This document shows positions 9,711-20,856 of a DNA stretch of 43,682 bases, piece after piece; within the stretch, counting starts at the first letter, position 1; each line of letters begins with the position of its first letter. The position numbers and the translations under genes are program-made. Source of the DNA: Flavobacteriales bacterium. GTDB taxonomy: Bacteria; Bacteroidota; Bacteroidia; Flavobacteriales_F; PHOS-HE28. Under the pieces are notes generated by a model. It made no database searches, was not told the origin of the DNA, and saw only the letters and a program-made list of their open reading frames with translations. The stretch covers positions 1-43,682 of the forward strand of contig JBATND010000068.1 of the NCBI GenBank assembly GCA_049290175.1. The letters are read 5' to 3'.

Positions 9711-11276
9711 ATGAACACTCGAACACTACGCACGAAGCTCCTTCTGCCGCTGGCCATGGTGCTTACCACCGCCCTCCACGCCAACAACATCCAGGTCACC
9801 AACACCACCCTGGTGGACAATACCGGCAGCACCGCGAAGGTGCAGTTCGACATCAGCTGGGAGAACAGCTGGCGTGGTGGTGGCGTGAACAATTGGGATG
9901 CGGCGTGGGTGTTCGTGAAGTACCGCTCGACCGGTGGTATATGGCAGCATGCCCGCCTTGCGAACAGCGGTCATGTCGCCCCCTCCGGCTCTGTGATCGA
10001 ACCGGGTCTGCTGGATCCACTTCCGGATCACAACGACCTTACGAACCCTGTGCTTGGCGTCTTCATCCATCGCGCCGTTGATGGCACAGGCAACTTCAGC
10101 GCAGTGGGCACCCAACTGCAGTGGAACTACGGTGTGTACGGGATCAACGCCATCGATATCGGGGAGGTGAAGGTCTTCGCCATGGAAATGGTGTACGTGC
10201 CGCAAGGCGCCTTCGCCGCAGGTTCGGGCGGCGGTGAGGCCTTCGCATTCACGCTCACCACCATCAGCACGGCCGTAGCGACGGGAACACCCAACGGAAC
10301 GGGACTGCTCGGTGGACAGAACGGCGGCTACCCCACCGGAGCCACTGCGCCGAACAATGCGCTGTGGCCAAATGGGTATGATGCCTTTTACTGCATGAAG
10401 TACGAGGTGAGCCAGCAAGGCTATGTTGACTTCCTCAACACCTTGACCTATGTGCAACAGGCGACCCGAACGACCACGGCACCGAGCGCGGGAACCGGCA
10501 CCGGCGCATTGGATAACGGGAATCTTGCACGCAATGGCATTGATGTTCTAACTCCCGGCGTGGACAACACCCTTCCGGCCACCTATGTATGCAACTTGAC
10601 AAGTGATGGCCAATATGGCCAGGCCAATGACGGCAAGGATGTCGCGTGCAGCTTTCTCAGCTGGGGCGACCTTACGGCTTACTTGGACTGGAGCGGCTTG
10701 CGGCCCATGACCGAATTGGAGTTCGAGAAGGCCTGCCGGGGAACAACGTTTCCGCTCCCGAACGGATTTCCGTGGGGTACTACCTCGATCCATGCTCCTT
10801 CTGCGCCTGGATACTTGCTCACCAACCCGGGAAGCACGAACGAAGGGATCGGGACGAATTACGGTACGGTCCTGGGCAATGCCGTATACGATGGCACAAG
10901 CGCTTCATTGTTCGGCCCGGTACGCGTTGGTGCGTTCGCTGCCAACCCCTTGAGCACTGGCCGCATCTCGGCCGGTGCCACGTACTACGGCATCATGGAA
11001 ATGGCCGGGAACCTTTACGAACGTGTCGTTACGATAGGCAACACGCTTGGCCGCCTATATGTGGGAAACCACGGCAACGGCAGCCTCGCCGCTTCGGGTC
11101 ATCATGACGCTCCCACTTGGCCATCGAGTACCACTGCCGATGGATCGGGGTTGCGTGGTGGCGCTTGGAACGTACCTGCCTCCAACCTGCGCATCTCCGA
11201 TCGACTGGACGCGAGTGCCATTGTCAACAGCCGCTCCAACATGTTCGGTGGCCGCGGCGTCCGCACTGCCCCTTGA
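9711..11276 (+). CDS. SUMF1/FGE-fold (formylglycine-generating-enzyme-like) secreted protein, paralog 1
   Basis: ATG 9711 gives signal peptide MNTRTLRTKLLLPLAMVLTTALHA. N-terminal NNIQVTNTTL...ISWENSWRGGGVNNWDAAWVFVKYR domain. FGE-like motifs FYCMKYEVSQQGYVDFLN, SWGDLTAYLDWSGLRPMTELEFEKACRG, YYGIMEMAGNLYE, LRGGAW and GGRGVRTAP. Confidence 0.8.
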   Translation: MNTRTLRTKLLLPLAMVLTTALHANNIQVTNTTLVDNTGSTAKVQFDISWENSWRGGGVNNWDAAWVFVKYRSTGGIWQHARLANSGHVAPSGSVIEPGLLDPLPDHNDLTNPVLGVFIHRAVDGTGNFSAVGTQLQWNYGVYGINAIDIGEVKVFAMEMVYVPQGAFAAGSGGGEAFAFTLTTISTAVATGTPNGTGLLGGQNGGYPTGATAPNNALWPNGYDAFYCMKYEVSQQGYVDFLNTLTYVQQATRTTTAPSAGTGTGALDNGNLARNGIDVLTPGVDNTLPATYVCNLTSDGQYGQANDGKDVACSFLSWGDLTAYLDWSGLRPMTELEFEKACRGTTFPLPNGFPWGTTSIHAPSAPGYLLTNPGSTNEGIGTNYGTVLGNAVYDGTSASLFGPVRVGAFAANPLSTGRISAGATYYGIMEMAGNLYERVVTIGNTLGRLYVGNHGNGSLAASGHHDAPTWPSSTTADGSGLRGGAWNVPASNLRISDRLDASAIVNSRSNMFGGRGVRTAP

Positions 11277-11310
11277 TGCCTTCCTGATCCACTCCATTTC
11301 TCCCACACTT

Positions 11311-12855
11311 ATGCGAACGACGCTCATCCTCCCCCTCCTCGGCCTGCTGGCGACCACCGCCCTCCACGCCAACAACATCCAGGTCACCAACACCACCTTG
11401 GTGGACAACACCGGCAGCACCGTGAAGGTGCAGTTCGACATCAGCTGGGAGAACAGCTGGCGCGGCGGCGGTGTGAACAACTGGGACGCGGCATGGGTGT
11501 TCGTGAAGTACCGCCAAGGGCAAGGTGCATGGCAACATGTGTATGTGAACCCATCGGGGCATACCACACCGGCGGGCAGTCTTCTTGAACCAGGGCTGGT
11601 GGATCCGGGTGCAGCCCACAACGCGACGACCAATCCAGTCGTGGGCCTCTTCCTCCGCCGCGATGCGGATGGCAACGGCACCTTCACCGCCACCGGTGTA
11701 CAATTGCTGTGGGACTATGGCGTGCTGGGTATCGCGATAAACGACATCAGCCAGGTGCAGGTGTTCGCTGTTGAGATGGTGTATGTGAACCAGGGGGCGT
11801 TCACGGCGGGCAGCGGTGGCACGGAAATTTCAGCATTCATCCTTACCACCATCAGCACCGGCACGGCCAACACGGCACCCAGCGGCACCGGCAGCTTGGG
11901 CGGGCAGGCCGGTGGTTTCCCCACTGGGCAAACGGCACCCACAAGTGCCACCTGGCCCAACGGTTTCAACGCCTTCTACTGCATGAAGTACGAGGTTACG
12001 CAGCAGGGCTATGTGGACTTCCTTAACAGCTTGAGCTATGCGCAACAGATCACACGCACGGCCACCGCTCCGAATTCCGCTGCGGGCACCGGTGCGCTCT
12101 CCAGCACCAATGCCGATCGCAACGGCATCGACATCAATATACCCGGCGTGGATCCCGGAACAGCGGCCGTCTATGCCTGCAACCTGAACGGCAACGGGGT
12201 GTATGGAGAAGCCACGGACGGCAAGGACATCGCCTGCAACTTCTTGAGCTGGGGTGATCTCACGGCCTATCTGGACTGGAGCGGCTTGCGACCCATGACC
12301 GAGTTGGAGTTCGAGAAGGCCTGCCGTGGCCCCCTATTTCCCTTGGCCGATGAATATCCGTGGGGAACCACGGGGGTGGCGGCCAGCGCCTTCACCCTGG
12401 CCAGTCCCGGGGCCACCAACGAGGGCATTGCGACCAATTACAGCACCACCGTGGGCAACGCGGTATACGGTTCCACGAATGGCACACCAAGTGGTCCAAA
12501 GCGCGTGGGCATTTTCGCGGCCAACGGCAGCAACAGTGGCCGTGTAACGGCCGGTGCCAGCTACTTCGGTATCATGGAACTAGGCGGTAATGTGTATGAG
12601 CGTGCAGTTACCATCGGCAATCCGAGTGGCCGGGTATTTACCGGTACGCATGGCAACGGGGTATTGGCGTTGGACGGCGATGCGAATGTGGCCACCTGGC
12701 CCGTTCCTAGCACAGCGGATGGCGCTGGCGTATTTGGCGGATCTTGGTTAGCCGTCCCGAGGTTCATGCGCGTTTCCAACCGCGAATTAGCCGCAGTCGC
12801 TTTCGGCAATCGCGACAACAGCCGCGGTGGTCGCGGTTGTCGGTTAAAGCCTTAG
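11311..12855 (+). CDS. SUMF1/FGE-fold secreted protein, paralog 2
   Basis: ATG 11311 gives MRTTLILPLLGLLATTALHA. Same architecture and motifs as paralog 1. The track ORF start at 11047 overlaps paralog 1 and is rejected. Confidence 0.8.
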   Translation: MRTTLILPLLGLLATTALHANNIQVTNTTLVDNTGSTVKVQFDISWENSWRGGGVNNWDAAWVFVKYRQGQGAWQHVYVNPSGHTTPAGSLLEPGLVDPGAAHNATTNPVVGLFLRRDADGNGTFTATGVQLLWDYGVLGIAINDISQVQVFAVEMVYVNQGAFTAGSGGTEISAFILTTISTGTANTAPSGTGSLGGQAGGFPTGQTAPTSATWPNGFNAFYCMKYEVTQQGYVDFLNSLSYAQQITRTATAPNSAAGTGALSSTNADRNGIDINIPGVDPGTAAVYACNLNGNGVYGEATDGKDIACNFLSWGDLTAYLDWSGLRPMTELEFEKACRGPLFPLADEYPWGTTGVAASAFTLASPGATNEGIATNYSTTVGNAVYGSTNGTPSGPKRVGIFAANGSNSGRVTAGASYFGIMELGGNVYERAVTIGNPSGRVFTGTHGNGVLALDGDANVATWPVPSTADGAGVFGGSWLAVPRFMRVSNRELAAVAFGNRDNSRGGRGCRLKP

Positions 12856-12978
12856 CCGGGTTTATCAAGCCCTAGCCTTGGAGTGGGGGCTGCGTCCCCT
12901 AGAAGATCGTGGAAGACCAGTTAGCCCAAGAGCACCACTTCAACACCTGATCGCGCAAGAACAGCAGACCGGCAACAC

Positions 12979-14571
12979 ATGAATAGACCGATGAGACCGA
13001 CCAACGAACGAAGCACTTGCATGGCCCTTGCCGTAGGCATGCTTTTGCTGGCGCAGAGCGCGCACGCCAACAACATCCAGGTCAGCAACATCACCCTGCA
13101 GAACAACACCGGCAGTTCGGTGATGCTGCACTTCGATGTTACTTGGGAGAACAGCTGGCGTGGCGGTCCGGTGGCGAATTGGGATGCGGCCTGGCTCTTT
13201 GCCAAGGTGCGGTTGAGCAGCGGTGAATGGCAGCACATCAAGCTGGCGAACAGCGGTCATGAAACGCCGGCCGGCACGCAGATCGAGTTGGGGCTGGTGC
13301 TTCCTGCAAGCGCATACAACAGCAGCAGTAATCCGGTCGTCGGCGCATTCCTGCACCGCAACACCAACGGCTACGGGAACCTCGATGCCACCGGCGTACA
13401 ACTCCTTTGGAACTACCAGGACCAGGGCATTGCGGTTCCGGCACAGGTGGCCGAAGTGCGCGTGCACGCGATCGAAATGGTGTACGTGAACGAAGGCGCG
13501 TTCATGGCGGGCGGAGGTGGTTTGGGCGGGGTATACACCTACCCCACAACGAGCACCCCATATGCCGTGACGAGCGAGGCGGCGATCAGCGTGGGCACAG
13601 TAGCGGGTCAGTTGTACTACGCTGAAGGCACCGGTCAATCGGGTGATCGTGGTGGTCCCATCCCGGCCAACTACCCCAAGGGCTTCAACGCGTTCTATGC
13701 CATGAAGTATGAAGTGAGCCAGCAGGGCTATGTGGACTTCCTGAACACCTTGACCTATGCGCAACAGGTCACGCGCACGGCCACCGCTCCGAATTCCGCT
13801 GCGGGCACCGGCGCGCTCAGCAGCACCAACGCCGATCGCAACGGCATCGACATCAGCACACCCGGTGTGGATCCCGGAACAGCGGCCGTGTATGCCTGCA
13901 ACCTGAACGGCAACGGGATCTACGGCGAAGCGGATGACGGCACCGACATCGCGTGCAACCACCTGAGCATTTCCGATCTGTGGGCCTACCTGGACTGGAG
14001 CGGCTTGCGGCCCATGAGCGAACTGGAATTCGAGAAGGCCTGTCGCGGACCGTTGCCGCCTGTTGCGGGCGAGTACCCGTGGGGCGCGGGCGTTGCATTG
14101 TTCGGCTACACACTCTCCGATGCGGGCACCGCGCATGAAGGTATCTCCACGGAATACAGCAGCACCAACGGCAACGCCGTTTGGCAGAACACCTCGGTGA
14201 ATTTCGATGGACCGGTACGCGTGGGCGCCTTCGCTGCGAACGCGGGCAACACAGGCCGTGTAACATCCGGGGCCAGCTACTACGGCATCATGGAACTCGG
14301 CGGCAACGTCGCCGAGCGGGCCGTCACACTGGGTCATCCTGGCGGGCGCGGCTACAACGGCGGCAGCCATGGCAACGGTGAATTGGCGACCAACGGCACC
14401 GCCGATCCCAACACCTGGTCCAGCGCTACTACGGCGACGGGTTTCCGGGGCGGCGATTGGACGATCAACGCGGCAGGCCGCCTGCAAGCCGCGGATCGCG
14501 GTCTCGTCAATTGGGCGCGTACAGGCCGCTATGCGGAGAGCGGTGGCCGAGGCGTACGTACCGCTCCATGA
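12979..14571 (+). CDS. SUMF1/FGE-fold secreted protein, paralog 3
   Basis: Signal-like N-terminus ...MALAVGMLLLAQSAHA (an alternative start at 13021 is possible). Same NNIQV..WENSWRGG N-domain and FGE-like motifs (AMKYEVSQQGYVDFLN, LDWSGLRPMSELEFEKACRG, GGRGVRTAP). Confidence 0.8.
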   Translation: MNRPMRPTNERSTCMALAVGMLLLAQSAHANNIQVSNITLQNNTGSSVMLHFDVTWENSWRGGPVANWDAAWLFAKVRLSSGEWQHIKLANSGHETPAGTQIELGLVLPASAYNSSSNPVVGAFLHRNTNGYGNLDATGVQLLWNYQDQGIAVPAQVAEVRVHAIEMVYVNEGAFMAGGGGLGGVYTYPTTSTPYAVTSEAAISVGTVAGQLYYAEGTGQSGDRGGPIPANYPKGFNAFYAMKYEVSQQGYVDFLNTLTYAQQVTRTATAPNSAAGTGALSSTNADRNGIDISTPGVDPGTAAVYACNLNGNGIYGEADDGTDIACNHLSISDLWAYLDWSGLRPMSELEFEKACRGPLPPVAGEYPWGAGVALFGYTLSDAGTAHEGISTEYSSTNGNAVWQNTSVNFDGPVRVGAFAANAGNTGRVTSGASYYGIMELGGNVAERAVTLGHPGGRGYNGGSHGNGELATNGTADPNTWSSATTATGFRGGDWTINAAGRLQAADRGLVNWARTGRYAESGGRGVRTAP

Positions 14572-14584
14572 TCTCTGCTGCACC

Positions 14585-17083
14585 ATGAAGAACCCAGCAA
14601 CATTCAATGCAAGAACGACCATGGAACAGTACCGCCCTTGGTTGCTGATACTTGCGCTTGCGTGTACGACGAGCGCATGGTCGCAGACGAACCCTGTCGC
14701 GCAGGAACTGCCCTACATCCAGAACTTCGGCACGCTGGCACACAACGACACTACACCACCCGCAGGCTGGCGCGGCTGGCGCATCGGCACCACGGCATCC
14801 AGCACATTCCAAGAGGCACCCGCAACGGCCAACCTCACACAGCTCGCCACCAGTACAGCACAGACCAACACCGGTGGCGTTCACAATTACAACGGCAAAC
14901 TGGGCATCCTCAATTCCGGCTCGGTGGATGCCGCGATCGTACTCAGCGTAAACACCCGCTGGCGCACAGGCATCACCTTGGACTATGATGTGATGACCAT
15001 TCGCAACCCGTACAACGGCACTACCAACACGCGCATCGTGGAGTCCACATTGCAGTACCGCATCGGCATCAGCGGCAACTTCACCACACTTCCTGAACCG
15101 CTCTACACCACCGGCACTACCACCCAGACCACGGCCGTGACCACCCCGCAGAACAGCCAGGCGCGGAGCATCACCCTGCCAGCGGCGTGCGATCACCAGT
15201 TCATCGTGCAGCTGCGCTGGGTGGCACGCGATGTGAGCGGAGGCGGTGCCCGCCCCAGCATCGCGGTGGACAACATCAGCGTCGATGGTGCCTGTGGTTC
15301 GGGGAGCATCACCTACGAAGGTTCACCCTATTGCGTTGGCACCGGGAATGCGGTACCGACGGTCACAGGTCTTTCCGGTGGCACGTTCCTCGGCACTGGA
15401 CTTTCGGTGAACACCTCCAACGGGAGCCGCTTCCTCGGCAGCCCGGTCAGTGGTACCGTTACGTATAGTGCCGCAGGCCTCCATGGTTGCCCTCTCGTAC
15501 AATCCACTACGACCTTGGTGGTGAACCTACCCGCTACCGCAGATGCCGGAGGACCATATACCTCATTGGACCTGGCACCGGTGACACTCAACGCCACAGC
15601 GAATGGCCCGGGGGCTTGGAGCGGTGGCCTAGGCACCTTCGCCGATGCCAGCGATCCGAACACCACCTACACACCGAACGCAAGCGAGCTCGGCTTTTCC
15701 GTGGAACTGACCTGGACCACCAATGACCCGGATATCGGGGACGATTGCGAGGCGGTAGCGGACATCGCCTCCGTGAACGTGACCGAGAGCAATTATCCAC
15801 ACATGTTCGCAGGTGGCAGCGGTCGCGGTGATGCGCGTACGGAATACACCACACCACCGATCACCGCCGACATCTACAACGGCGGTATCGGGCGTGGCGA
15901 TGCATCGGACCTGTACGTGAACACACCCGTGGCATCGAACATCTTCAGCGGCGGCAACGGGCGCGGGGATGTGGCTGACCTCTTCGTGAGCGCACCCATC
16001 GCGTCGAGCATCTTCAGCGGTGGTAACGGTCGGGGTGATGTAGCGGACCTCTTCGTGAGTACACCCATCGCGTCGAGCATCTTCAACGGCGGTAGCGGAC
16101 GTGGCGATGTGGCGGATCTCTTCGTAAGCGCTCCCATCGCATCCAGCATCTTCAGCGGTGGCAACGGGCGCGGTGATGTAGCCGACCTCTTCGTAAGCGC
16201 ACCCATTGCTTCGAACATCTTCAGTGGTGGCAGCGGGCGTGGTGATGTGGCGGATCTCTTCGTGAGCACACCCATCGCATCGAGCATCTTCTCCGGCGGT
16301 AACGGACGAGGTGATGTTTCATCGTTATACACGGTGCCATTGAACTTGCAGTTGTCAGTTAAAGCCTTTCTGGAAGGCCCCTACGATCCGGGCCAGCTCC
16401 GCATGGACGATGACCTGCGCGCCTTGGGTCTATTGCCCACCGTGGAACCTTACAGCACCCTGGGGTATTCCTTCCTTGGAGGCGGCGGTGAATCGGTGGA
16501 TGCGAGCGTGTTCAACAGTGGCGGCGGCAGCAACCGCATCGTGGATTGGGTGGTGGTGGAACTTCGCGATGCAGGTGATCCCACGACGATCGTGGCCAGC
16601 CGTTGTGCGCTGATCCAACGCGACGGCGATGTGGTGGGCCTCGATGGAACATCCGCGCTGGAAATGCCAGCGGAAGCCGGCACCTACTTCGTTTCCATAC
16701 GCCACCGCAACCACCTGGGTGTGATGACGGCCAACGGTGTGGCCCTGACGCCGACACCCGTAAACGTGGACTTCACACAAACCAGCTACCCCGTCTTCGG
16801 CACCGATGCACGCAAGTCCGTGGGCACGAGCATGGTCCTGTGGGCCGGCGACGTGAACTTCGATGGCGAGTTGAAATACACCGGACAGGACAACGATCGC
16901 GACCCGATCCTGTCTGCCATTGGCGGCAGCGTACCTACCAATGCGGTTAGCGGATACCGCTCGGAGGATGTGAATATGGACGGCACCACGCGATACACCG
17001 GTCAGGATAATGACCGCGACCCGATCCTGATGAACATTGGAGGCACGGTGCCAACTGCGATTCGCTCCACGCAAGTACCCTGA
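14585..17083 (+). CDS. secreted repeat protein with eight GRGD-containing 23-aa repeats and C-terminal dockerin/EF-hand-like Ca-binding motifs
   Basis: The start is ATG 14585 or 14621, giving signal peptide ...WLLILALACTTSAWSQ. The repeats IFSGGNGRGDVADLFVSAPIASS occur 8 times. The C-terminus has GDVNFDGELKYTGQDNDRDPIL and EDVNMDGTTRYTGQDNDRDPIL. The track start at 14369 overlaps paralog 3. Confidence 0.75.
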   Translation: MKNPATFNARTTMEQYRPWLLILALACTTSAWSQTNPVAQELPYIQNFGTLAHNDTTPPAGWRGWRIGTTASSTFQEAPATANLTQLATSTAQTNTGGVHNYNGKLGILNSGSVDAAIVLSVNTRWRTGITLDYDVMTIRNPYNGTTNTRIVESTLQYRIGISGNFTTLPEPLYTTGTTTQTTAVTTPQNSQARSITLPAACDHQFIVQLRWVARDVSGGGARPSIAVDNISVDGACGSGSITYEGSPYCVGTGNAVPTVTGLSGGTFLGTGLSVNTSNGSRFLGSPVSGTVTYSAAGLHGCPLVQSTTTLVVNLPATADAGGPYTSLDLAPVTLNATANGPGAWSGGLGTFADASDPNTTYTPNASELGFSVELTWTTNDPDIGDDCEAVADIASVNVTESNYPHMFAGGSGRGDARTEYTTPPITADIYNGGIGRGDASDLYVNTPVASNIFSGGNGRGDVADLFVSAPIASSIFSGGNGRGDVADLFVSTPIASSIFNGGSGRGDVADLFVSAPIASSIFSGGNGRGDVADLFVSAPIASNIFSGGSGRGDVADLFVSTPIASSIFSGGNGRGDVSSLYTVPLNLQLSVKAFLEGPYDPGQLRMDDDLRALGLLPTVEPYSTLGYSFLGGGGESVDASVFNSGGGSNRIVDWVVVELRDAGDPTTIVASRCALIQRDGDVVGLDGTSALEMPAEAGTYFVSIRHRNHLGVMTANGVALTPTPVNVDFTQTSYPVFGTDARKSVGTSMVLWAGDVNFDGELKYTGQDNDRDPILSAIGGSVPTNAVSGYRSEDVNMDGTTRYTGQDNDRDPILMNIGGTVPTAIRSTQVP
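15806..16335 (+). repeat. 69-nt coding tandem repeat (GG-x-GRGD units), 8 copies
   Basis: Read directly from the translation. The antisense ORF 15874..16332 mirrors the repeat. Confidence 0.85.
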
Positions 17084-17206
17084 GCGCGCGCCCTGTCAGC
17101 CTTCTGAATACTTGATCGCACCGTGATCAATGCAGCGCCCGAAGGTGCGGGCTTGCCTCGCCATTGCACCGACCTTCGCACCCTGCCCGAATCTCGGATC
17201 CAGCAC

Positions 17207-17953
17207 ATGCTACGTTTCACCCCTCTGTTCCTCTCAGCCCTTCTGCCTACGCTCTCAACCGCCCAGTTCCAACCCATGTCCACCATCCCCATCGGCGGCG
17301 CCAACGAGCCCATCACCATCGAAGTATGGAGCGATGTGGTCTGTCCTTTCTGTTACATCGGCAAGCGCGAACTGGAAAGTGCATTGGCGCGCTTCCCGCA
17401 CCGCGATCAGGTGCGCGTGGTATGGAAGAGCTTCGAGCTGGACCCCAACGCTCCCGACCGCGCGCCGCACGACACCTACGGCATGCTCATGGAGCGCTAC
17501 CGTATCGGCCGCGATGAAGCCAAGTCGCGCGTGAGCGGCGTAACGCAGCGCGCGGCCAGCCTCGGATTGAGCTACGACTTCGAGAAGGTGATCGTGGGCA
17601 GCTCGTTGCAGGCGCATCGGCTCTTGCAATACGCCAAGAGCATCGGCAAGGGCGATGCGATGAAAGAGCGGCTCTTCAGCGCCTACTTCACCGAGGGCAG
17701 GCATTTGGCCGATAAGCCCGCCTTGCTCGCGCTCGCAGCGGAAGCAGGCCTGAAAACGGACGATGCGCGTAAAGCCTTGGAAGGCGACGCATGGCTGAAG
17801 GAAGTGCGCGCCGATGAGCAGGAGGCGCGGCAGATCGGCGTGAGCGGCGTGCCCTTCTTCGCCTTCAACAGGCGCTTCGCAGTGAGCGGAGCGCAGAGCA
17901 TCACGGTATTCCAGCAGGCGTTGGAAAAATCGTGGGCGGAGCGGGGAAAGTGA
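17207..17953 (+). CDS. DsbA-family thiol:disulfide oxidoreductase (FrnE-like)
   Basis: ATG 17207 gives signal peptide MLRFTPLFLSALLPTLSTAQ. CPFC active-site motif in IEVWSDVVCPFCYIGK, plus a C-terminal GVSGVPFFAFN motif. Confidence 0.8.
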   Translation: MLRFTPLFLSALLPTLSTAQFQPMSTIPIGGANEPITIEVWSDVVCPFCYIGKRELESALARFPHRDQVRVVWKSFELDPNAPDRAPHDTYGMLMERYRIGRDEAKSRVSGVTQRAASLGLSYDFEKVIVGSSLQAHRLLQYAKSIGKGDAMKERLFSAYFTEGRHLADKPALLALAAEAGLKTDDARKALEGDAWLKEVRADEQEARQIGVSGVPFFAFNRRFAVSGAQSITVFQQALEKSWAERGK

Positions 17954-17958
17954 GGCTC

Positions 17959-18708
17959 CTACTTCAGCGCCACGCGCTCGAGCAACTTGCCGTAGTACGA
18001 ATCGCCGATCGGGATGGAGCCCTTGCCATCCTCCATGATCACGTGCGGCGCATCAATGGCCTCCACGCGGTCGAGCCGCACGATGAAGCTTCGGTGGATG
18101 CGCATGAACTTGTCCGTGGGCAGGCGCGACTCGATGTTCTTCATGGTGCCGTGGACGATGTAGCGCTTGTCCTTCACATGCACGCTGAAGTAGTCCTTGA
18201 GCGCGGAGATGTAATAGATGTCCTCCAGGTTCACGCGCACCTGCTGGCCGTGATGCTTGAGGAAGAGCGGCCCTGCGGCTACCTCGCGCGTGGCCATCTC
18301 GTGCAACTGGTCACGCTCGCGACGCACCTCCGCATCATGCACGTGCTTGTGCAGCGCCATCTCCATGGCGGCTTGCACCTCCACCACCTTGAAGGGCTTC
18401 ACGATGTACCCGTAAGGCTCTGCGATGCGCGCCTTGTTCAAGGTGGCCTCGTCGCTGTATGCCGTGAGGAAGATCACCGGCAGGCCGAGCTCGCCTCCAA
18501 TCACCATGGCTGCTTCGATCCCGCTCATCTCGCCCTTGAGCATGATGTCCATGAGCACCAGGTCGGGGCGCTCCTTGTCGGCCACATCGATGGCAGCCTG
18601 GCCCTCGGCCACGGAACCCGCGATCTCGTAGCCTAACTGTGTCAGGGTGCGCTCGATGTCCTTGCGCACGATCCCTTCATCCTCTACCACCAATATCCTG
18701 CTCGGCAT
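17959..18708 (-). CDS. LytTR-family response regulator (REC + LytTR DNA-binding domain)
   Basis: REC motifs ILVVEDE, DLVLMDIMLKG and YIVKPF. LytTR-like C-terminus (IYYISALKDYFSVHV...FMRIHRSFIVRLDRV). No cognate kinase is adjacent. Confidence 0.85.
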   Translation of the reverse strand: MPSRILVVEDEGIVRKDIERTLTQLGYEIAGSVAEGQAAIDVADKERPDLVLMDIMLKGEMSGIEAAMVIGGELGLPVIFLTAYSDEATLNKARIAEPYGYIVKPFKVVEVQAAMEMALHKHVHDAEVRRERDQLHEMATREVAAGPLFLKHHGQQVRVNLEDIYYISALKDYFSVHVKDKRYIVHGTMKNIESRLPTDKFMRIHRSFIVRLDRVEAIDAPHVIMEDGKGSIPIGDSYYGKLLERVALK

Positions 18709-18893
18709 GCTTGCTTGGTTTTGGCGCCCAAGGTTGGGTGGGCGGCAACGTTATGACGCATCGAGCGCGAAGTTGGTTCAAATCGCCCAACCGGCGCGCG
18801 TGCTCGACAGGGGCGGGACGATTGGAACTTGACCGTCGCATCCATAGCCGCTATCCATCTTTGCGCCCTTGCCTAACTCAGGCAGGCTCAACC

Positions 18894-20801
<1,908 letters not shown>

Positions 20802-20823
20802 GGGACGCCTTCCCTTCTTACTT

Positions 20824-20852
20824 GAAAATTAGAAGTCAGACTTCTAATTTTC
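20824..20852 (+). terminator. AT-rich perfect hairpin after asnS
   Basis: gaaaattagaagtc-a-gacttctaattttc forms 14-nt perfect inverted arms ending in a T-run, 23 nt after the asnS stop. Confidence 0.6.
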
Positions 20853-20856
20853 GCCC

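Noticed and set aside
9711-14571. A diversity-generating retroelement (DGR): FGE/C-lectin-fold proteins are classic DGR targets, and three copies might have been a VR/TR system.
   Set aside because: There is no reverse transcriptase or template repeat in the window. The C-terminal regions of the three paralogs differ at all base types, not specifically at adenines, and no near-identical non-coding copy of a C-terminal segment exists.
12940-14622. A 560-aa minus-strand ORF covering the whole third SUMF1-like gene.
   Set aside because: It is antisense to a gene with clear family motifs. Its Arg/Ala/Gly/His-rich, motif-free translation is typical of open antisense frames in high-GC DNA. The same applies to 1799..3133(-), 8707..9726(-), 27187..27942(-), 31863..32702(-) and 9726..10457(-).
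18772-18791. A tRNA-like T-arm (gttGGTTCAAATCgcccaac) in the intergenic region upstream of asnS.
   Set aside because: The loop would be 10 nt rather than 7, and no acceptor, D or anticodon arms can be drawn from the flanking sequence.
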